54,549 nucleotides of DNA from Chiloscyllium plagiosum (Eukaryota), in NCBI RefSeq assembly GCF_004010195.1, contig NC_057718.1, forward strand, positions 17,558,430 to 17,612,978, given 5' to 3'. The translations under genes were made by a program, and so were the position numbers. The notes beneath the pieces are model-generated. The model did no database searches. It saw nothing but the letters and a program-made list of their open reading frames with translations, and was not told where the DNA came from. Shown here piece after piece: positions 47,195-54,549 of the stretch. Within the stretch, counting starts at the first letter, position 1, and each line of letters opens with the position of its first letter.

Positions 47195-47620
47195 ATGGAG
47201 TGAAAACATGTGGCGCTGGAAATGTCCAGCAGGTTAGGCAGCATTGGAGGAGCAGGAGAATCAACTTTTTGGGCATAAGCCCTTCATCAGGCATGCGTGT
47301 GGGGATGGAGAGGTGGGTGCGTGTCCAAGGGGGCTGAGAGATAAATGGGAGGGGGAGTTGGAGGTTTGGAACTGGTGTAAGGTGGGGAGGGGGGGGAGGA
47401 AAGGTGAGAAAACTGGTAAAATCAACGTTGGTGCCATGTGGTTGGAGGGTCACAAGGTGGAAGATGAGGCATTCTTACTCTAGGTGTCGGGTGGCTAGGA
47501 ATTGGTGGTAGAGGAGGCCCAGGACTTGCATGTTCTTGGCAGAGTGGGAGGGGAAGTTGAAGTGGTTGGCCACAGAGTGGTGGGGTTGTTGGTGCATGTG
47601 TGCTGGAGACATTCTCAGAC
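47195..47620 (-). mobile_element. Penelope-like element 3' fragment
   Basis: VANHFNFPSHSAKNMQVLGLL...TLQPHGTNVDF and pLTR CTGATGAAGGGCTTATGCCCAAAAAG on minus. Confidence 0.8.
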
Positions 47621-47871
47621 ATGATGGAGCCAAAGAGACTCTTCCCATGCTGTCACACCTCTCCATGACTCTGTGACCTGTAAAGTGTTTAACCACAATG
47701 CACAAACTGACTAAATCTAAGAACTGTGCCCTTGATTCATGGTCTCCTCAAGAGACTGAATTTTAGAGGAGAGGCAGTTGTTTATTATACAATTTTTTGA
47801 CCTTCCTTCGTATCATTGTATTTTTTGCTCTTTATCACAAACTTTTCTCGTTCCCTTTTAAGCAGCAGCAA

Positions 47872-49227
47872 CAATGCCCCCACGGATCTATGCTAAGGCT
47901 TCAACTATTTATTAATGATTTGGATGATGGCATAGAAAGTTGTATATTCAGATTTGTCAATGGCACAAAGTTAAGTGGCATTGTAGACAGTGTAGATGAT
48001 AGCATAAAATTGAAAAGGGATATTGATAGACCTGATATTGATAGAATGGGCAAAACTGCAGCAGATGGAGTACTATATAAGCAAGTATGAGGTTCTTCAT
48101 TTTGGACCAAGGATAGATGAGGGAACTTTCTAGATGGTATGAAGTTAAATACAGTGAATGTCCAAAGAGGAGATCTCTTTATACATTGCCTGGTAAATGT
48201 GCTTGGTCATGTAGACATAATAGTGCCATGTCCACATAGCGCATTTTCAACATTATATGACTTACCTTGCAGCCTCTTTTCTGCTCTTCCATATTTAGTC
48301 AAACCCAGGGAAGCACATTAACACATTACCTTCCAATTCCCGATCAGTGAGAATCCACCTCAGTGCCTATTACACCCAGTAGTAGGACCACATCCCATAT
48401 GTGGTGTATGGAGAATAGATTTTGATGGAGTGGTCAGACTGCCCATGATTCAAGGGCACGGCTCTTGGTCAGGGATTGATTTAATCAGTTTGTGCATTGT
48501 AGTTAAGTACTTTACACGTCATAGAGTCATAGAGGTGTGACAGCATGGGGATCAGGTGCATAGTTCTTTAAAATGTCGCAAACAGCTGCAGAAAATAATT
48601 AAGAAAGCTCATGAAGTGCTTTTTTTTATATCCAAAGGATTGGAGTACAAGTATGCATAAATTATGCTGCAATTATACAAAACTGATGTTAGACCCCACT
48701 TGGAGTACTGTGAGCAGATCTGGGCACCCAACTTTAGAAAGAATGTATTGGCCTTGGAAAGAGTATATTGTAGGTTTACATGAATGATACCTGGACTTCA
48801 GGAGTTACATGGAGAGATTACACAAATTAGGCCTGTTTCCTCCAGAATTTAGAAGGTTAAGGAGTGATCTGACTGAGGTTTTCAAGATATAAACAGGAAT
48901 GACAGGATCGATAAAGATAAAATACTTTACTGGTTGCGGATTCTAGGACTAGGGGGCATAGTCTGAGAATTCGGGCCAGACCATTGAGGAGAGATGTTAG
49001 GAAGCACTTCTACACACAGAGGATGCAGGTTTGGAACTGTCTTCCATAAACGATAGTGAACACATGATCAGTTGTTAGTTTCAAATCCAGGATAGATAAT
49101 TTTTGTCAAGTAAAGCATTCAGGGTTATGAGCCAAGTGCAGGGACATGAAATTAGGCCATAGATCAGCTATGGTCTCATTGAATGATGGAACAGGCTCGA
49201 GGGGCTGAAAGGCTATTCCTGTTCCTA
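47872..49227 (+). mobile_element. CR1 LINE 3' portion, interrupted at about 48180-48550
   Basis: PHGSMLRLQLFINDLDDGIES..RFVNGTKL, then VRPHLEYCEQIW...TRGHSLRI...RKHFYTQR and 3' UTR. Confidence 0.85.
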
Positions 49228-49887
49228 AACTGCTAAGTTCTCTCATCTCTGACTCAGAACATTGTGATTTCAAGTCCCGTGAACTACAAGACTCGGTTGG
49301 CATTCCTGTCGAAATAAGGATTGGATGTGAGGTCTGTCAGGTAAGACTTTACACCTTGTCTTCCACCCATGGTGGAGGTCAAAGATCACTCAGCCCTATT
49401 TTCAAGAAGAGCAAAGGGCCAACAATTATCCCTCGGTCAATATCAGTAACAACAGAATACTGCTCTTAATCGCACTGCTGTTTGTGAGAGCTTGCTGTGC
49501 ATGAATTAGACATTATAATTTTCAACATTATGATATTAAGGTATTTCATTGGCTGTTTTGCAACAGCCTGGGAACATGATGGGCACTAAATAACTGCAAG
49601 ATTTCCTCTTTATTGTCTTTGCTCAGTGTGTTAAAGAATTTAATGTACTAAAGCAATCAACTCTCATCAGCTTCTAATACTTGCTGCGCTGATACCTTAT
49701 TCATCACAATCATAAAGCGACTCTCAGGACAAAGACGAAATGGAGGGCGAGTGGATACCAGCTACATCCTTGACTTGTGTGAGGGTAGTGCTTAAGTTTA
49801 TTTTCCACAGTTCTACCCTTTACTGCTTGTATATGGTTTGCAATATTTAACCTCTGGTGTATTACTCTTCTAAATGCCAGTTTCCAT

Positions 49888-51097
49888 CAGAGTCATGCAG
49901 TCATAGAGATGTACAGCACAGAAACAGACCCTTTGATCCAACCCATCATTGCGACCAGATATCCCAACCCAATCTGGTCGCAACTGCCAGGCCCCGGCCC
50001 ATATCCCTCCAAACCCTTCCTATTCATATACCCATCCAAATGCCTCTTAAATGATGCAATTGTACCAGCCTCCACCCCTTCTTCTGGCAGCTCATTCCAT
50101 ACACGTACCACCGTGTGCATGAAAACCTTGCCCCTTAGGTCTCTTTTATAGCTTTCCCCTCTCACCCTAAACCTATGCCCTCCAGCTCTGGACTCCCCCA
50201 CCTGGGGAAAAGATCTTGTCTATTTACCCTACCCATGCCCCTCATGACTTTATAAACCTCTATAAGGTCATCCCTCAGCCTCCGACGCTCCAAGGAAAAC
50301 AGCCCTAGCCTATTCAGCCTCTCCCTATAGTCAAATCCTCCAACCCTGGCAACATTCTAGTAAATCTTTTCTGAACCTTTCAAGTTTCACAACATCCTTC
50401 CGATATGACGGAGACCAGAACTGCACGCAATATTCCAAAAGTGGCCCAACCAATGTCCTGTACAGCCACAACATGACCTCCCAACTTCTATATTCAATAA
50501 AAGCAAATTACTGCGGATGCTGGAATCTGAAACCAAAAAAGAGAAAATGCTGGAAAATCTCAACAAGTCTAGCAGCATCTGTAAGGAGAGAAAAGAGCTG
50601 ACATTTCGAGTCTAATTGACCCTTTGTCAAAGCTTTGACAAAAGGTCAGTTAGACTTGAAACGTCAGCTCTTTTCTCTCTTTACAGATGCTGCTAGACTT
50701 GCTGAGATTTTCCAGCATTTTCTCTTCTTTGATTCTAAACTTAATACTCTGACCAATTAAGGAAAGCATACCAACTGCCTTCTTCACTATCCTATCGACC
50801 TGCGACTCTACTTTCAAGGAGCTAAGAACCTGCACTCCAAGGTCTTTTTGTTAGCAACACTCCCTACGACCTTACCATTAAGTGTATAAGCCCTGCCAAA
50901 ATTTGCTTTCCCAAAATGCAGCACCTCGCATTTATCTAAACTCCAGCTGCCAATCCTCAGCCCATTGGCCCATCTGATCAAGATCCCATTGTAATCTGAG
51001 GTAATCTTCTTTGCTGTCCACTACATCTCCAATTTTGGTGTCATCTGCAAACTTACTTACTTTACATCTTATGCTCACATCCAAATCATTTATATAA
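49888..51097 (-). mobile_element. CR1/HER1 LINE 3' portion with a Penelope fold-back at about 50492-50735
   Basis: IYINDLDVSIRCKVSKFADDTKIG...QWAEDWQLEF and GHRFRVRG...VVRVWNELP. The inserted palindrome is centred on TTTGTCAAAGCTTTGACAAA. Confidence 0.9.
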
Positions 51098-51639
51098 ATG
51101 ATCAGTCTGAGACAAAAAACTGCAGATTCTGGATTCCAAGGTAGACTGTCTCCAGCCTCCTGCTTGTCTATCTTAATTTCCATCAGTCCAGCAGTGACAT
51201 GTGTAGGTTCACATTGCTCTACAAATATAATCAACATTCTGCACAATGTGCTTTCCAAACCTGTTGCACTATATGATATTAGGAGACTGCCCTCATCAAA
51301 CGTCACACTCCAGAGCACAACTGACATAATATTATGCAGGCAAAGGTGTCATCTTTCAGATGGGGTGTCAAACTGAGGTCCAGTCTCCCTCTCAGGTAAA
51401 TATAAACCGTGGTGCGGGTTCTGACAAATATTTATCAAATTAATATCTCTAAAACAGATTGTCCGGCCATTAGCACTGTATATGGGGCAGTGGTCAAATA
51501 ACCAGGATATAACTTAAATTATAACAGCAACTACACTTCAAAAAGATTTCATTGGCTGTAAAGTGCTTAAATTAATGAAAGGTGCTTTATAAATGCAAGT
51601 CTTCCTTTTTCTACAGGATAGTCCTCCTTTCCTCTTAAA

Positions 51640-53865
51640 TCATGAATCTTGTCTACAGGAATAGTACCAGAAGACTGGAGGATAGCAAATGTTGTTCCTT
51701 TGTTCAAGGGGAGTACAGATAACCCTGGAAATTATAGACCTGTGAGCCTTACTTCGGTTGTGCGTAAAGTGTTGGAAAAGGTTATAAGAGATGGGATTTA
51801 TAATCATCTAGAAAGGAGTAAGTTGATTACGGATAGTCAACACGATTTTGTGAAGGGTAGGTCGTGCCTCACAAACCTTATTGAGTTCTTTGAGCAGGTG
51901 ACCAAACAGATGGATGAGGGTAAAGCTATTTATATGCTGTATATGGATTTTAGGAAGGCATTTGATTAGGTTCCTCATGGTAGGCTACTACACAAAAAAA
52001 ATAGGCATGGGATTGAGGGCGATATAACAGCTTGGATCAGAAATTGGCTAGCTGAAAGAAGACAGAGGCTGATGGGAAATGTTCATTCTGGAGTTCAGTT
52101 ACTAGTGTTGTACCGCAAGGATCTGTTTAGGGTCCACTGCAGTTTGTTATTTTTATAAATGACCTAGATCAGGGTGTAGAAGGATGGATTTGTAAATTTG
52201 CAGATGACACTAAAGTCAGTTGAGTTGTGGATAGTGAAGAAGGATGTTGTAGGTGACAGAGGGACATGCATAAGCAGCAGATCTGGGCTGAGAGGTGGCA
52301 AATGGAGTTTAATGTCGAAATGTGTAAGGTTTGGAAGGAGTAACAGGAATAGACAGTACTGGGAGAATGGTAAGATTCTTGGTAGTGTAGATGAGCAGAG
52401 AGATCTCAGTGTCTATGTACATAGATCCCTCAAATTTGCCACCCAGGCTGATAGGGCTGCTAAGAAGTCATACAGTGTGTTAGCTTTTATTAATAGAGGG
52501 ATCAAGTTTCAGAACCATGCGGTCATGCTGCAGCTGTACAAAACTCTGGTGCGGCCGCACTTGGAGTATTGTGTACAGTTCTAGTAACCACATTATAGGA
52601 AGGATGTGGAAGCTTTGAAAGGGTTCAGAAGAGATTTACTCGGATGTTGCCTGGTCTGGAGGGAAGGTCTTATGAGGAAAGGCTGAGGGACTTGAGGCTG
52701 TTTTCGTTAGAGAGAAGGAGGTTGAGAGGTGACTTAATTGAGACATATAAGATAATCAGAGGGTTAGATCGGGTGGACAGTGAGAGCCTTTTTTTCTTGG
52801 ATGGTAATGGCTCGCACAAGGGGGCATAGCTATAAATTGAGGGGTGATAGAAATAGGACAATACCTGTGTATTCAAAAAGAATGGGAACCCAATGAACAC
52901 AGTCCACCGATTTCTCAGTAACAAACCCAAACAAGCAGACAAAACATGTCCAGAAATCTTAGCCTCTCTCCCCTACATCAAAGACATCTCGGAAATGACT
53001 GCCAGACTACTCAGACCTCTTGGCATCATGGTAGCCCACAAATCCACCAACACACTAAAACAGCAGCGAACGAACTTGAAAGACCTTATACAGACAACAA
53101 ACAAAACTAATGTCATTTACAAAATACCTTACAAGAACTGTAACAAACACAACACTGGACAAACAGGCAAAAAACTAGCCATCAGGATACGTGAACACCA
53201 ACTAGCCACAAAAAGACATGACCTACTCTCTCTAGTATCCTTGCATACAGATGAGGAAGGACACCACTTTGACAGGGACAACACATCCATCCTAGGACAA
53301 GCTAAACAGAACCACACACGGGGATTCCTAAAAGCATGGCATTCTAACTGGAACTCTATCAACAAATACATTGACTTGGATCCCATTTACCACCCCCTGA
53401 GAAATAGAACAGGAAATGACACCACCATCGGAAATGACATCACCAACCCAAGGAAACCTAAACACATAAATAGAAAGCGGGCAATGCCACCAGTGCTTCA
53501 TCCGGACGCTCACTGATGATGTTACCTCGTATGGTGATGAAACATCTGAAAACAAACTTTCCAACTCAGCGAGCAAACCTACATCCAGAACCTCAACTTG
53601 AGCTACAAGTCTTCTCAAAACTCACTAAATAGGACATATGTCACAGGTAGTTTCTTTTCTCAAAGTAGTAGGGGCATGGAACGCACTGCCTGCAACAATT
53701 GTAGACTTGCCAACTTTAAGGATATTTAGATGGTCATTGGATAGGCATACGGACAAGAATGGAATAGTGTAGGCTAGATGGGCTTCAGATTGGTTTCACA
53801 GGATGGCGCAACATCGAGGGCTGAAGGGCCTGTACTGCGCTGTAATGTTCTATGTTCAATGTTCA
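51640..53865 (+). mobile_element. CR1/HER1 LINE ORF2 (RT) remnant, split by a Penelope insertion
   Basis: VPEDWRIANVVPLFKG...NYRPVSLTS...GRSCLTNL...YMDFRKAFD, VPQGSV, KFADDTK and LVRPHLEYCVQF. Frameshifted. Confidence 0.95.
52861..53626 (+). mobile_element. Penelope element 3' part: GIY-YIG endonuclease plus pLTR with hammerhead motif
   Basis: ORF 52893-53516 SLPYIKDISE...NVIYKIPYKNCNKHNTGQTG...RIREHQLA...AWHS. CTGATGA-TGTTACC...GGTGAT-GAAACATC at 53513. TSD AAATAGGACA (52851-52860 and 53627-53636). Confidence 0.92.
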
Positions 53866-54094
53866 ATGAACATGCACAAGGCAAAGTGGGTCATATACAC
53901 TTTTCCCATCTCCATTTTCCACAAAATTTGAGAAGTGAATCTTAGCTTGCTCCACTTTGTTCAAATTTACAAGCTACAACATTTTATTAAGCCAGTTAAC
54001 TGCTCCTCTAGCTGTAAATACATTTTGATTCTTCAGTATTCTGTCAGATATGTGAATGGCAGTGTGCCACTCTGACAACTTCACCAGTTAAAAA

Positions 54095-54549
54095 AAAACA
54101 GCGATATGAGGCAGTGTAGTACATGGGAAAGTATTCCAATAGGACAGAACAGGACCACACACCGCAAACAAAATGGCACTAAAAGAAAAAATGACCAAAC
54201 TAACACACAACAGAGAGGACACCACAACACACTCCTGGGTTAGAAACCTCTCCCACAGACAGCACACAGACACGAAAGGAACAATACTGGCCAAGGGACT
54301 CAACTATAACCACAGGGACGCCAAGACTGCAGACTTCCTAGCAGCACTAGAATGCACACTCAGAAACAATGGACTGACAGAAGAGACACAACAAACAGTG
54401 AGACAAAGTATCATACCCCTGATAACAAGGAAAACACATAACCTCAACACCAAGGAGAGGGAAGCACTAAAAACACTAAGAAATAATAAGAACATAATCA
54501 TACTACCAGCAGACAAAGGCAGAATGACGGTCATCCTGGACAAAGCAGA
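54095..54549 (+). mobile_element. Penelope ORF fragment (region N-terminal to RT), running off the window
   Basis: Plus frame ILAKGLNYNH...NLNTKEREALKTLRNNKNIIILPADKGRMTVILDKA; ADKG is the Penelope pre-RT motif. Confidence 0.9.

Overview
Eukaryotic, repeat-dense genomic DNA, most likely from a shark. The evidence is HE1-type V-SINEs, HER1/CR1 LINEs, Deu-domain SINEs and several Penelope families; the species cannot be fixed without a search. Most ORFs in the supplied track are noise or decayed retroelement fragments. Main contents: (1) the 5' part of a minus-strand host gene starting in a CpG island at about 10.5-10.95 kb, with coding exons 10799-10728 and 6150-5791 (Lys/Arg-rich, unidentified) and weaker candidate exons at about 4.7-5.0 kb; (2) a 7-kb defective epsilon-like endogenous retrovirus (14274-21265) with a UGA gag-pol readthrough junction, a 2H-phosphoesterase domain between protease and RT, and an env reduced to signal peptide plus transmembrane tail; (3) a Gypsy/Mag LTR family whose TATA-box site ATAAACAGGnnTGT was hit in the same register and orientation at two loci, once by a tandem array of Tx1-clade LINE 3' ends (27.4-29.6 kb) and once by a polyadenylated SINE (34.3-34.5 kb), which suggests a sequence-specific, LTR-targeting retrotransposon with trans-mobilised cargo; (4) many Penelope-derived fold-back elements carrying minimal hammerhead ribozyme motifs; (5) four short inverted templated insertions copied from DNA 0.3-1.3 kb away; (6) a decayed 28S rRNA fragment. 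There is one 96-N assembly gap (27701-27796).
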